A DNA stretch of 64,000 nt, from assembly GCA_965153355.1 (NCBI GenBank), contig OZ231126.1, forward strand, positions 14,756,001 to 14,820,000. The letters run 5' to 3'. Origin of the DNA: Flaccisagitta enflata. Lineage: Eukaryota. The position numbers were made by a program, and so were the translations under genes. Of this stretch, positions 1 to 13,888 are shown in pieces; the stretch's first letter is position 1, and each line of letters starts with the position of its first letter. Under the pieces are notes generated by a model that was not told the origin of the DNA, did no database searches, and saw only the letters and a list, made by a program, of their open reading frames with translations.

Positions 1-788
1 TGGTCGGTCGGTCGATCGGTCCCAAATATTCTATATATTGCGAGCGGTCGTTTCATTACTATTCTCACTGTTCCTATACATTATTGTTTTATCAATTATC
101 ACCCCTACCCGCAAATTGTAAATCCGGTTGAAAATGCATTTCCATCGAGCAGAAATTTAGATTCGGTTTCAGATTTAAAATCTTTATCCATGCGAAAGAA
201 GAAAACCGTTAGTCAACGACATTTGAATAGGATTAAATCCGGTGGACTGGCAAGCATTTGATTTTTGAATGAGAGGCAAAAACAGAAAAGATTCAAGTCC
301 GAACAGGTTTTGGCCTTAGGGCTTTCCTTTCTTAGTTTATATACTACCAGACGCTATGCGCCTCTTCCTCCTCCTCCTCCTCTTCCTCCTCTTCCCCTTC
401 TCTCCTTCTTTCCGTCTTCCTTTTTCCTGTCTTCCGTTTCCTTTCAGTCTTCCTTCATTGATGGCCTTGAAAGAGAGTCGGCACTCAGGACTCGAGACTC
501 AGATCTCAGGACTCCTTGACTCGATAACACACAATCTGCCAAGTTAGATGATTGATGGTGCAGAAGAGGCACGATAAACCAGATGATAGAGTGAACAAGA
601 CAAAGTAGTACAATAAGATGCGCCGTGTGGATCGTCAGGCGTTTGTGCTACCGACCAACAAACCAACAGACCGACGGACGGACACAGCCATTATAAAGGT
701 GCGTTAGCGCACCTAACAACGGGCATATGACGCCGCTGAAGGAATCTGCATCTGGAGGATGTTTCGGTCAATTTGCTGTTTTTATTGG

Positions 789-1023
789 AACAAGGCCGGA
801 TTCACGGCTACCCCAGTCGCGTGCGGGTGGGCAGGGGCTGTATTGTGGTCACTTGATCACTTGGGCAGGAGCAGTGAGGCCATAGACCGCAAAAACAAAA
901 AAAAAGTAAAGTGTGATGGACCGACCGACGGAGGGACGGACCGACGGACGGACCGACGGACGGACCGACGGACCGACGGACCGACAAAGCGGGGTGTTGA
1001 GTCGCGTAGCACGCGACTAAAAA
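789..1023. mobile_element. Helentron-associated (HINE/DINE-like) non-autonomous element, family A (representative copy)
   Basis: Ends AACAAGGCCGGAT.CACGGC and GAGTCGCGTAGCACGCGACTAAAAA, an internal (GACG/GACC)n microsatellite, and a subterminal AGTCGCG/CGCGACT inverted motif. Related copies in both orientations at about 1779-1938, 4757-4888, 12001-12173, 13404-13550, 17092-17240, 22256-22420, 24030-24203, 31357-31530, 60412-60692, 60830-60968, 62025-62302 and 62740-62888. Family assignment is inferred from architecture (GTCY microsatellite, asymmetric inverted repeats, T-run insertion sites). Confidence 0.7.
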
Positions 1024-2123
1024 TTATTTATGAAGTTTACATTTTTTTCTCCTGAAGGTGCAAATGATGAGGTTGTGTTTACCACCACATTTTTTTAGTA
1101 CTTGTTAGATCAAATACAGTGATGTAGAAGGCCACGCTAGACAAATGTGACCGATCGGGGGATCGACTGACGGATCAAATAGTGGCATCAACAGTCTCGT
1201 AGCAGCCGATGTAGAAAAGCAAAATGGCAGAAAATGGTAAAATGGTGGTAACCATGTTTGCCGGAATTGATTACTTCCGAAACTTAAGGGGAAAAAATGA
1301 TCGTGTATGGCAACACAAATTCTATCCAAAGACAACGGAAGCCGCCCACAAATATGTGCCGTAACGACAACCGGCCCAAAAGGCCGTGTGAGCAAAAACG
1401 CCTCAGCAGATTAACAGAATTTAATATCTCTCAAATATTCAACACTTTCCATGAATTGAATAACATTCTTGAGATTCTCTACATCATTTTTGACAGAGTC
1501 TCTCTCTCTCTCTCTCTCTCTCTCTGATTATTATATTATCTTATTTGAGACCCCATGCATTCCTGTGGTACAAGTTGTCAAAACTTCAATAACTCATGCC
1601 TCCATGAGACTCCAAGAGCGATTTCCACGAATGACAAAAATGTGACGCCTGATTTGCTCTTCCTCCTCCCCCCTATTTCCGGAATTTGGAGATTCTCGCC
1701 TTAACTCACTTATATCCTTCCAGGTAAGACCACTTCCCAAAACAGTTTGTGGGTTTCCTTTCCTCCTTCGTTTCGTTCTTTTAAGTCGCGGACAAGCAAC
1801 TCTAGAAGAGGCTTTGTCCGTCCGTCAGTCGGTCGATCCGTCCGTAGTGGTGATCTAGTTGAGAAAGTGCGAAAACGCGCATTTCCGCACCTGCCCACCC
1901 GTCCGCGACTGATATTGGCCGTGTATCCGGCCTTGTTTCCATTTTTGGTCGCATGCATGCGACTATTCAGTCCATATCGCTCTTTGTCATTTAGTCGATC
2001 AATCTGTCCGTCCGTCCGTTTTACTTTCTTGAACAATAAAAAGATCATTTTAGGAACCCAAAAATGTGTGTAAATCCCTTCTGACATTCAGCGCCTTATC
2101 GCACCTGCACATCCCGCAGTCTG

Positions 2124-2734
2124 TTTTTGGGCAGCGGCTCCGAAGGGGACATAGTCCTGTAGAACACAAGGGGACTCTGTCCATCCATCCGTCCGTACGT
2201 CCCTCCGTACGTCCATCCCCCCCTGCCCCATCCTCAGGGCGTTGTCTCCTTTGGGGCTTATTCTGACCCAAATTTTGCTAAAAAGCTCAAATCCAAGCAA
2301 TATGGCCAAAATCTAAGAAAAATGACCCAAATCCAAGCAATATGGACCAAATCTAAGCAAAATGGCCCAAATCTTGACAGAAATCTTCAATTCTGGCCTT
2401 TGGTCCATCATTTTGGCCCCTAAGACCTATATTGTGGCCTCTGATACCTAGATTCTGACCAGATTTGGGCCATTTTGCTTGGAATTGGGCCATCATGCTT
2501 GGAATTGGGCTATTATGCTTGGATTTGGGCCATATTGCTTGGATTTGGGCAATTAAGCAAAATTTGGGTCAGAATAGGCCCCATAGGAGACGAAACCCTG
2601 AGGATGGGGCAGGGGGGGATGAACAAATGAACGGGCGGACGGACGGACAGATTTCCCCTGTGTACAACTTGAAACACATACTACTCAAGCAGGGCACGAG
2701 TAACGCTTATCACTTACTGCCTTCGGGCTGCTAT
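2124..2734 (+). mobile_element. HINE-like element, family B, with internal inverted arms and ~21-bp subrepeats
   Basis: Starts TTTTTGGGCAGCGGC.CCGAAGGGG and carries (CCGT)n. Inverted arms CCTGCCCCATCCTCAGGG...CCCTGAGGATGGGGCAGG enclose AAATCCAAGCAATATGGCC repeats in both orientations. The tail AAGCAGGGCACG.GTA.CGCT is shared with other copies. Confidence 0.65.
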
Positions 2735-3863
2735 ATATCTTATCAGACTTGCTCGCGCGAGAAACCGTCTTCCAAACGCGCAGTTGAAGGCACCCGTACT
2801 GGCCGTAGTCAACTAGTGCTGATCAGTGATTATGGAGGTAATCCCATTTCGAGGAAGACGCGAATTTTTTGCTCAAATTCACTCCTTTGAACACAACGCT
2901 ACCGCGATTAAAATAGATCATTTTAATAGAAAAATTGTTATTACTGACTCATTTGGGTTTAAACTAGCATGCGGTGCCTTTCTCTTTTCTCAAAAAATCT
3001 TGGTGATATCTTTTATTGAGCAGGATTCTTTCCTTGTCTAAAGAACCCTTTTTGTTGTATATGAAACATGAGACTGCAATATGTAAATGATGAAATGACT
3101 AAATTCGCCAGGGCTAGGTAATTGTCTATGTAGTCCTCACTTTGAGTGCGCCTAGCCACCTCCTTATGAGGTCGTATCCATCAATAATTGGGTCAGTTCG
3201 TTGCCGCGTCGGTGAGGCGGTCCGTCTGTCCGTCTTTTACACTTGAGTCACAATGACAGACCCTATTCTTCGCATCGCGCTGCTCCTTCCTAGTGTCTGA
3301 CAGGCAGACTAGTGAGACTACATCACTGCGTCTGCCCATCCACACACAACCATAGTTGCCGAATGCCAACCTGTCGTATATCCGACCTTGCTTTTACTTT
3401 TCAGTCGCTGGTGTGTCCGTAGGAAGGTATGCACGTATGCAGGTATAAAGGTTGATAACGCGAAATCATCGATGACGCGAAATCCGCGGAGGTGATGACC
3501 TCTGAGTATTACGGCGCCTGTCCAGCCACATAACAGCCCTCGCCCTGCCCAATGCTACCACTGCCCATCCGCATTACTGCCCCTGTCCATCAACCAGTGC
3601 AGCGACTACTTATCGACCGTGTATACGGCCTTGTTTTTTAAAGGTAGGTATTTCATGTATTTTTTGGTAGACGCGGTCAAATTCCACGCTTGAACATGAC
3701 AAATGTCAATTTGATGGCTCATGGGTGGCGATTCGGGGTCATAAGTCAGTCGGCATCATGCCTCGACTCGAACCGCATTTCGGAAAAAAGCTTCATGAAA
3801 ATTATGACTCTGAGGAGATATATGATCATCGTCGATAAGGGTTGATGATGAAGAGGAGGAGAA

Positions 3864-4581
<718 letters not shown>

Positions 4582-5239
4582 AAGGAGAGGGAGCTGGAGG
4601 AGGCAGGAGGAGGACGTTAACATTCCGGCAGAACGGAGGATATCACTCCAAATTTTTGCGGCTTTTCGTGGGAGAAAATCGATGTTTTCGAGGTAGAAAG
4701 AGCAAAATAAAATGTTTTTTTTTCTGCACGAATTTTGCCTTCTAGCTTCTAATGAAAACAAGGCCGTATGCACCTCCCCTAAGTCGCGAACGGGTTGGAA
4801 AGAGCGGAAAACAGAAATGTGACTGACCGACGGACTGAAGGACCGAGCGACACGGCAAGTTCTAGAGTCGCGTGTCCGCGACTAAAAAGTCAAATAATTT
4901 GACCACTAAACTGAGTCTCTTTTCATTGGCATCAAACCACTGCGCTGCAAGGATTATGACAAAAGATGCACATTGATTTGGACATCAGCTGATCAGCGTG
5001 GAACCGATCAAATGTTTGTTGCATCATTGTTTTATTGTGTATGATATCAGTACTATGATACTCCTATGATCGCATATAATATTGTTCCACTTTTCATAAA
5101 ACAACGCCGGATATACGGCTACTCCAGTCCCGTGCGGGTGAGCAGGGGCAGTATCTAAGGTCACTAGAGAATTTGCCTATGTGCAGAACTGCAGATATCG
5201 ATTCATAGGACTATTTTGATTAGGGACACACACACACAA

Positions 5240-5758
5240 AAAAAACAGGTCGCCCAAGGGCAATATGTGGTCAACGATACCCGTTGCCCTGCTTTGCATG
5301 GTTGTAAATTGGAATGAGAGGAAGCAAGGCAGCGGCCCCGAAGGAGACGAAGTCCTGTAGAACACAGGGGATTTTGTTGTCCATTCGTCCATCCGTCCAT
5401 CCGTCCATCCTCCCAGGCCCTCTCAGGCCTGAAATCTGCCCTCTCAGGCCTGAAATCTACCCTCTTAGGCCTGAAATCTGCCCTCTCAGGCCTTGAATCT
5501 GCGAGGGCAGATTTTAGGCCTGAGGGGACAGGTTTCAGGCCTGAGTAAGCGGATTTCAGGCCTGAGAGGGCAGATTCAAGGGCTGAGAGGGCAGATTTCA
5601 AGCCTGAGAGGACAGATTTCAGGCCTGAGAGGGTAGATTTCAGGCCTGAGAGGGCTTGGAGGGGACTGATGAACAAATGGACGAACAGACGAATGGACGA
5701 ACAAAAGTCCCCCTGTGTTTTACAGGACTTCGTGCCCTTTGGGGCCGCTGCCCAAAAA
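5240..5758 (-). mobile_element. HINE-like element, family B, with 21-bp CAGGCCTGAGAGGGCAGATTT internal repeats
   Basis: Inverted GGCAGCGGCCCCGAAGG...CCTTTGGGGCCGCTGCCCAAAAA; internal repeats in two orientations; tail homologous to 2124-2734 and 30604-31030. Confidence 0.65.
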
Positions 5759-7242
5759 CACTGCGGCGGCTTTTCCTTGTTTCATCTCCCGCTCATCAAA
5801 AGATGTAAGTCAGGGACTGGGAAAATGGTGGCAAAAAGTAAGTCAGTAAAAATTTGACGGCGAATAAGTAGGGCTTTCTTTTCCTTACCTTTGACCGAAG
5901 AAGGAAATTCAAAAGTTAACGGCAAAGATTATATTCTTGCCATTGGTTCGTTTTAGTCTTGAGGTGGAATTTTTAGTTCTCGTGTCCTTCTTGAGTCCCT
6001 TCTTTTTTAGATAGCGTCATCAATGTGAAGTCTGATGTCATGGAACCTTCTTTTTCCGCAATTTGCGTCATGAGTTGTTTTAAGGAGCGCCTTTTTAGTT
6101 GCGGACACGCAACTCTATAAGGGGCTTTGTCCGTCCCTCCGTCCATCCGTCGGTCCGTCGGTAATGATCGAGTCGAAAAGTGGGGAAACAAGCGTTTTTA
6201 AAAGAAGCTTTTTATGTATATGTCTGTGTTGGAAGGGAGGTTGGAAGGGGCGTTGGGTGTGGATGGGGGTTGGATGCCCCTGCCCACCTGTCCCCAACGA
6301 TATTGTGACCCCGCGTCACTCGTTTTGTTCTTCTTTCTCAGGTGGCAAGGTCTTCGAACAAAATTGGCATGATAGTGGGCATGTTTTGCAGGAATGTTTT
6401 TTCTGAACGACTCATCCCTATTCAAGAAAGCGTGCTTGCCAACAAGTTTGTCGATCGGTACGTCGGTAGGTATCTCTATTTAGTAATAAGACGTATGTGA
6501 TGATGCATGACCTGAAAAAGGTCGAAATACTAAAAATTGCTGATAACTTAGCAAGTTAGCAATCGCTAGGACAGCCATATTAATTCAAAATCACGGCACA
6601 TTCTAGCACTTCATGCTTTGAGAAAAAGCTTCAGACGAATGCGAAAAAGGGAATTCCAAGTAGGAAATAATCCATTCATTCCCGCTGGCGCAGCAATGCC
6701 TTAGAAACCAGTAATTTAGTTTATTTCCCCCTTTGTCAATATTTGGTCGTCCGTGTATGATTGATTCATCGAATATTTCTTTGAAGCATATTTAGTCAGA
6801 AAAAGGTGTCTAACTTTGTACCTCTCGCTTATATCGAGGTTAAATGTGGGACAACTTTCATGAGTCAGAAATGACAAAAATTGACAGAAATAGACGAAAA
6901 TGTCGATTCGGGTCATGAAAGAAGGTTAAAAGATCAAAATCGCGTGATGGCTCTTGTTATGAGGATTTCGATTTGATATGTAAAATTGCAGTGATGCAGA
7001 AACGATCCCTGATATTTTGACAAGTAGATCAATGCGTGACCGAACGACCGAGGAACTAACGGAAAAAAGACGGTAATAGATACAAAGATTCGAATTTCTG
7101 ACAGACGCGCCGGGGCACCTGACAAACCGTTTGTACAGGAATAGAAATGCGCGTTTCCGCAATTTATAACTCGAGCGTCACGCACTAACCAACGGGCGGA
7201 CAGACGGGCAAAGCCACCTTTATAACTGCATGTCGGCAAATA

Positions 7243-7640
7243 CACTCTTTTCTTTGACTAAGAACCTTGTTTATAAGAACATTGAGGCTCAGATTTGAAA
7301 AAAAATAAGAACAATCATAAGAACATTGTCAGCCTCACAATAGGGAGGATTATAAGAACATTCTTACTGGTTTTGCACTAGGTTAACTGAGGGAACTGCT
7401 GTAAATAAAAAGAATTATGACTGTGTTATTATGGCTTACATCAATCAGTCTTACACTTTGTTTGTGATTGATATTTTAGTTCTCATATCCTTTCTATTAG
7501 AATTAGATCATTCACGTAAAAGCTGACAATTAGAAAAAATAAGAACATCTTAAGAACAATTTGAGCCTCAAATCACTTTAAAAATAAGAACATTGAGCCT
7601 CAGAAAAAAATAACATGTTCTTATAAGAAAAAAAGAGTGT
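7243..7640. mobile_element. MITE flanked by TA (Tc1/mariner-like)
   Basis: TA|CACTCTTTT...AAAAGAGTG|TA with many ATAAGAAC and GAGGCTCA/TGAGCCTC submotifs. Related partial copies near 14933 and 21383-21541. Confidence 0.65.
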
Positions 7641-8316
7641 AATGAGACGCTTTTTGCGGTTTCCAGTTTGCCCGTTGTTATACAGTGCGCATATGCATAC
7701 AAAGTCAGCTCCTCATCGAGATTGTCGTTTACATTCGATCTCGCATGTTTAAAACCAGTTCACGAAAAATGCGTTTTAAAAATTGACGGAAACTCAATCA
7801 ACTGGTTTTTCGAGTTCGGTGTCCACCGGCTCATTGTGATTTCGCTATAATTAGTTTTTCTACATGCTGTAACATGAAAAAGGAATCGGTAAGTACGAAC
7901 ATTGTGTTTTATCTTCAATATATCCGTTCATCACGAAACCTTTTCTTTTCAAATTGAGCGCCTTAAATTTCAAACTTTGGGATTGATTCCCAGAACGAAA
8001 ACTCGCTCTCGAAGAGTGAGAGTGTCTACAGAAATATCTATAGAGAGGGAAGAGGAAGAAAAGAAAGGGACTAAGTCTAAATCTAAGGGAAGAAAACTGT
8101 CTTGTGAAGAGATTCCTTTTCGTTAGCTATCTTTAACTGTTCTCCCGCAACTTCAACTGTTCTCCAGCATTTATTTGTCGTTGTTGATGATGATAAAATC
8201 GGATTTGAAACAAAACCATATCTTAGTAGAATACAAGCCCAAAGGGCTAAAGTCGCCAAGGGGAGGGTACTGGGCAGGAGCAGTGCTAAAAAGAAATATT
8301 TACGCTCACACATATA

Positions 8317-10997
8317 CAGTCTATGGACAAAACGACAATCGCAACTTTTGCTAATCACTGGTAGGATGCTGAGGTGTGATCTTTTTCAAAATGCAGGCTT
8401 ATAACTGCTATGTAGAAAATTACTAAGGACTGAAGCAAACTTACAGAAGAACAATTACCACAGGGAGGCCATGTAAATTGTTAAAATGAACTTTTTAAAA
8501 ATTGAAAGCATATATGTTGGCATTCAGTCGCAAAGCCAGCCAGCAAATGTCAACTACCCTCCGTAAGTGTCAACTATCCCCCACAAGTGTCAAATCCCCC
8601 CCGCAGGTGTTGTCTACCCCCGGGCAAGTGTCACCTACCCCTCCAATTGTCCACTACCCCCTGCAAGTGTTGACTACCCCCCGCAAGTGTCGACTACCCC
8701 TCGCAAGTGTCGACTAGCTTTCGCAAGTGACAACTACCTGCAAGTGTCTACTACCCGCTGCAAGTGTTAACTACCCCCCACAAGTGTTGAATACCTCCCT
8801 CAAGTGTTGTCTACCCCGCAAAAGTGTCGACTACCCCCCAAAAGTGTCAACTACTCCCCAATTGTTGACTACCCCCCGCAAGTGTTGACTACCCCCCTTT
8901 AAGTGTCGACTACCTCCCGCAAGTATCAACTACCCCCGGTAAGTTTTGACTTCCTCTGTAAGTGTTGACTACCCCCTGCAAGTGTCAACCACCCCCTGCA
9001 AGTGTCGAATACTCCCCCCAAGTGTTGAATACTCTCAAAAGTGTCAACTATCCCTAAAAGTGTTGACTACCACCCCCACTACCCCCTGCAAGAGTTAACT
9101 ACCCCTGGCAAGTGTTGACTACCCCCGACAAGTGTCGACTACCCCTGGCAAGTGTTGACTACCCCCCGCAAGTGTCAACTACCCCTTGCAAGTGTTGATT
9201 ACCCCTTGACAGTGTAGACTACCTCGGGAAGTGTCAATTCCCCCTCCAAGTGCGAACTACCGCTCGCAAGTGTTGACTACCCCTTGCGAGTGTCAGTTAC
9301 CCCCAGCAAGTGTCAACTACCCCTGGCAAGTGTTGACTACCCCTGGCAAGTATCTATCACCTCTGCAAGTGTTGACTACCCCCCAAATGTCAACTACCCC
9401 CCTGCAAGTGTCGACCACCCTGCACAAGTGTCAACTACCCTTCAAGTGTCAACCTCCCGCTCAAGTGTCGACTACCCTGCAAGTGTATACTACCCCCAAG
9501 TGTCAACTACCTCCAAAAGTGTAGACTACCCTGCCTCAACTCCTCTCCAAGTGCTGACTACCCCCTGCAAGTGTCGACTATCCCCTCAAAAGTGTAGACT
9601 ACCCCAGCTAGTTTCAACTCCCCCTTGAAGTGTAGACCACCCCCGGCAAGTGTCAACAACCCCTGGTAAGTGTTGAATACCCCTGGCAAGAATCAACTAC
9701 CCCCTGCAAGTGTTGATTATTCCTCTCAAATGTTGATGACTTCCCATAAGTGTTTACTACCCTCGCAACATCAACTGCAAATGTCAACTACCCCCTACTA
9801 GCGTTAAATACCCTTTGAAAGGTTGACTACCCCAAACATAAACTTCCCAGGTGGTAGTTGACACTTTTGGGGGTAGACAACACTGTGTGTCGACACTTGT
9901 GGGGGTATTCGACACTTGTAGGGGTAGTCAACACTTGTCAGGGGTAGTAAACATTTGAGGGGGGTAGTCAACACTAGGGGGTAGTTGATTCTTGCCGAGG
10001 GTTGTTGATACCTGTGGGGGTATTCAACACTTGTGGGGGGTAGTTGACACTTGCGGGGGTAGTCGACATTTACGTGGTGTAGTGGACACCTGGGGGGTAG
10101 TCAATATTTGCAGAGGGTAGTCAACACTAGTTGACACTTGCAGTGGGTAGTCAACACTTGCAAGGGGTAGTCAATGCTTGGCTTGGGAGTTGACACTTGC
10201 TGGGGGTAGTCCACACTTCTGGGGGTAGTTGACACTTGCAGGGTAGGTAGTCGGCCCTTGTGGGGTAGTTGACACTTGCGGGGAGTCCACACTTTTGGGG
10301 TAGACAACACTTGTGGGGGGTATTTGACACATATGGGGGGTAGTTGACGTTAGCAAGAGTAGTCAACACTAGTGGGGGTATTCAACATTTGAGGGGGTAG
10401 TTGACACTTGCAGGGGGTAGTCAACACGCTCCGGGGGTACTCAACACTTTGAGGGGTAGTCGACACTTGCAGGGGGTAGTCTTCACTAAAAGGAGGTATT
10501 TAACAATTGCAGAGGGGTAGTTGACACTTGCAGGTGGTAGTTGACACTTGCAGGGGGTAGTAGACACTTGCAGGGGGGTAGTCAACACTTGCAAAAGGTA
10601 GTCGACATTTGCAAGAGGTAGGCGACACTTGCGGGGGGTAGTTAACACTTGCAGGGGGTAGTGGACAAATGGAGGGGTAGGTGACACTTGCCCGGGGGCA
10701 GACGACACCTGGGGGTGGTATTCGACACTTGCGGGGGGTAGTTGACACATGCGGGGGGTAGTTGACATTTGCTGGCCGGCATTGCGACTGAATTTCAACA
10801 TATGCTTTCAATTTTCAAAAAAGTTCATTTTAACTATTTACATGGCCTCTCTGTAGTAATTGTTCTTCTGTAAGTTTGCTTCAGTCCTTAGTATTTTTCT
10901 ACATGGCAGTTATAAGCCTGCATTTTGAAAAAGATCACACCTCAGCATCCTACCAGTGATTAGCAAAAGTTGCAATTGCCGTTTTGTCCATAGACTG
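8317..10997. mobile_element. Foldback-type element: ~230-bp terminal inverted repeats plus two inverted minisatellite arms
   Basis: TA|CAGTCTATGGACAAAACG...CGTTTTGTCCATAGACTG|TA. The TIRs continue into arrays of ~21-23-bp CAAGTGTYRACTACCCCC units, which switch to the reverse complement at about 9845. No transposase ORF. Confidence 0.92.
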
Positions 10998-12305
10998 TAT
11001 ATGTACTGCTAGAACTGACACAACTATGACTGACCTAAAACCCCCCCCCCCAAAAAAAAAAGACATAAAAATCAAAAATGTTACGGATGGAGCGACATAC
11101 ATTGGGACGGAAGGAATGACGGACGGATGGACAGAAGGACTGACACATCAAGGTGTAGAGTCGCATGTCCTCGATCAAAAATCCGTCTTTCATTTTCACT
11201 TTTGTATGAATTTACGTGTTTTCATCATCATATCTACAATCTAATCCTGAAAAACTTCCTCAAAAATTTTCTCAGTTGCGTTCGCCAGATTTTTCTACAT
11301 CAACAGCATGCATACCCCGCTACAACGGATGTCGGAAAACGCGCATTGAAGATGTTGTGATTGTTTGTAGGAGATTGTGTGAGTTTGTGTCTTCCCGCCT
11401 ACGCACAGTAAATTGTCATGAAAAATAAGTAGCCAAAGTGGTCATTTCAGCGGTCCAATTTTTCTAGTTCACGTCATCAGTTGACTCATCTGGGGGCCAA
11501 GTCCAAAAAGAATTTTTCAAAAATATTATTTTAAACCATTACTACAGACGTTTTCTTAAAATTGTCCATCTCTCATTTAACACATAAAGTAATGGGAATC
11601 CAAATTCGCACAAAAAAGTTGCAGGCTTTTCTAGGCTTTTGAAAAATCAGCATTTTCCTTGTATCCCCCTAGTCCCAATCGACTCGCTGGATTTGACTGT
11701 GATGCGCGTGATTGCGCTTGTGAGTTTGAGAGGAGATATAGACAAAAGTTGATTTACGATATCATACAAATTAGCGCAAAGCAAATCTTGTGAGATTTGA
11801 CGTAGAGGCAGCATTTTCATCAACTTACTGTCGCTGATTTGATTCTTTACTAAAGTAAAGTAAAAGGGCCGGATACACGGCCAATAAGTAGTCGCTGATG
11901 AGTGGGCAGGGGCAGTAATGCGGTTAGGCAGGGGCAGTATCTGGACTGGCAAGAGAGAGAGAGAGATCTTGCCCAATGTGTTCGATTTTACGCTAATTTA
12001 AACAAGGCCGGATACATGAAAAGAAAGTCACGGACCATTAGGCAGGGGCTATAATGCAAAAACCGCTCGCAATTAAAAAAAAATTGGGATTGACGGACGG
12101 ATGGATGGGCAGACGGACGGATGGACAGATGGATGGACGGACAAGGAGTAGAATTGCGTGTCTGCAACTAAAAATGCTATGGACGGACCAACGGATGGAC
12201 AGACAAAGCCTCTTATGGAGTCGCTTTGCCTTATTTAAGGAACTGTAACTCAAGTAACGAGCGTTTAAGTTAGGCTATGAATATATGAAGCAGGCGCAAG
12301 AAGTA

Positions 12306-13082
12306 TAGTATGATTTTTCTCAACTGCAACAAAAGATGAGGACACTACGCAAAAACTAGACGAGCTAGCAAAATTCTGAAAGAAGCCCCTGAAAGATAAG
12401 AGTTTGCAGTTTTTTGCTGAAAGATTTGAAGGATTTTCTGAAAAAAATATGATCTTCCTGATGTTTTTGCCATTATTAATGAATTTCTGCAAAGTTGAAA
12501 ATTAAGGAAAATTGAAGAGATATTGGCTGAACTGTTTTTCTTCAAATTGCTCTCATTTCTAAACGATTTAAGCTACAGATGCCAGATTGGTCTCAATTGA
12601 AAGATATTTTGAAGTAGTTTTTGGTTAGAACTCGACAGACATACTTATTTTAAGTCTTGAATACATTTGGTGAATTGAAAGTCAATTCTGCAAAAAAATT
12701 TTTAAGAAAAAAACTAAAACATTTATGCCTGGCATGATAACACTTTGAAAATATCTTTTTCTCTCTTTTGCTCCTTAAACTACATCAAAAAATCATTCAT
12801 TTGAGACCAATCAGGGATCAGTAGCTCAAACCATTTAAGAGTAAGAGCATTCCAAAGGAAGGCAGTTCAACTAAGATCATAATAAAATCGCCTTTTTTGC
12901 AGTATATGCCCTTTAATTCAAAATTTCTAAAAAGGAACAAGTTTAAAGAATAAGTTCCTGGAATTTCCCCCAAAAAAACTGCAGTCTCTCATCTTTCAGG
13001 GGCATCTTTCAGAATTTGGCTAGCTCTTCTAGTTTTTGCGTTTCATCCTCATCTTATGTTGCAGTTGAGAAAAATCATACAG
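12306..13082. mobile_element. Long palindromic MITE
   Basis: GTATGATTTTTCTCAACTGCAACA.AAGATGAGGA...TCCTCATCTT.TGTTGCAGTTGAGAAAAATCATAC; inverted similarity extends inward over much of the element; TA at both flanks. Confidence 0.8.
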
Positions 13083-13109
13083 TATGAAGATGGGAAATAG
13101 ACGAGCGAG

Positions 13110-13185
<76 letters not shown>

Positions 13186-13217
13186 AGATGGGAAATAGAT
13201 TTTTTGAGCGAACGAAC

Positions 13218-13291
<74 letters not shown>

Positions 13292-13888
13292 TAGAGAAAG
13301 AAAGTTTGAAATTAGATTCTCTAAGATACCTTGTGTGCATGGAGAGAAAGTAAATTTAAGGTTTAGAAAGAGGGTGTGGTAGGGGGGTTCTGCGTTATGA
13401 ATGTTTTTAGTCGCGGACACGCGACTCCAGAACTTGCTGTGTCGGTCCAACGGTAAGTCGGTACATCACATTTTTGAATTGAGAGCGGTTTTTGCATTAC
13501 TGCTCCTGCCCAACCATCCGCAACTGGATTGCCGTGTATCTGGGCTTGTTCTAAAGATCTATTGGCAAGTACAAAAATTTCTGCATACTCTGTCAGAAGT
13601 CCAAGGTTGACCAACCCCTTGGGACGGATGCTTTGTTACAATTGCATATTGCAGTAAAACTTTCCAAAATATGTTAAGATGTTTTCAAAATATCAGTAGA
13701 AACATGAATGAAAGTCGAATTAGTTCCGACAATTAATTTTTCTTTCTAGAGGGCAAAGCAAGCCCACAAAATCAGGTGTGGCTTTTTTATAGAACAAAAA
13801 ATATGAACCCTTACTTTGTGCACAGTCTGAAGGAAATAATAAGTTAAAAAAAGAAATTTGGAGGTGGGAGGGACAGGGGCCTTGCGCA

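Noticed and set aside
265-547. Short ORFs over a CT-rich tract
   Set aside because: Low complexity, non-supportive starts and no family signal; a terminal exon on the - strand cannot be excluded but is unsupported.
8502-10811. Pro/Thr/Cys-rich ORFs in the foldback element
   Set aside because: Translations of the ~22-bp minisatellite; no transposase motifs.
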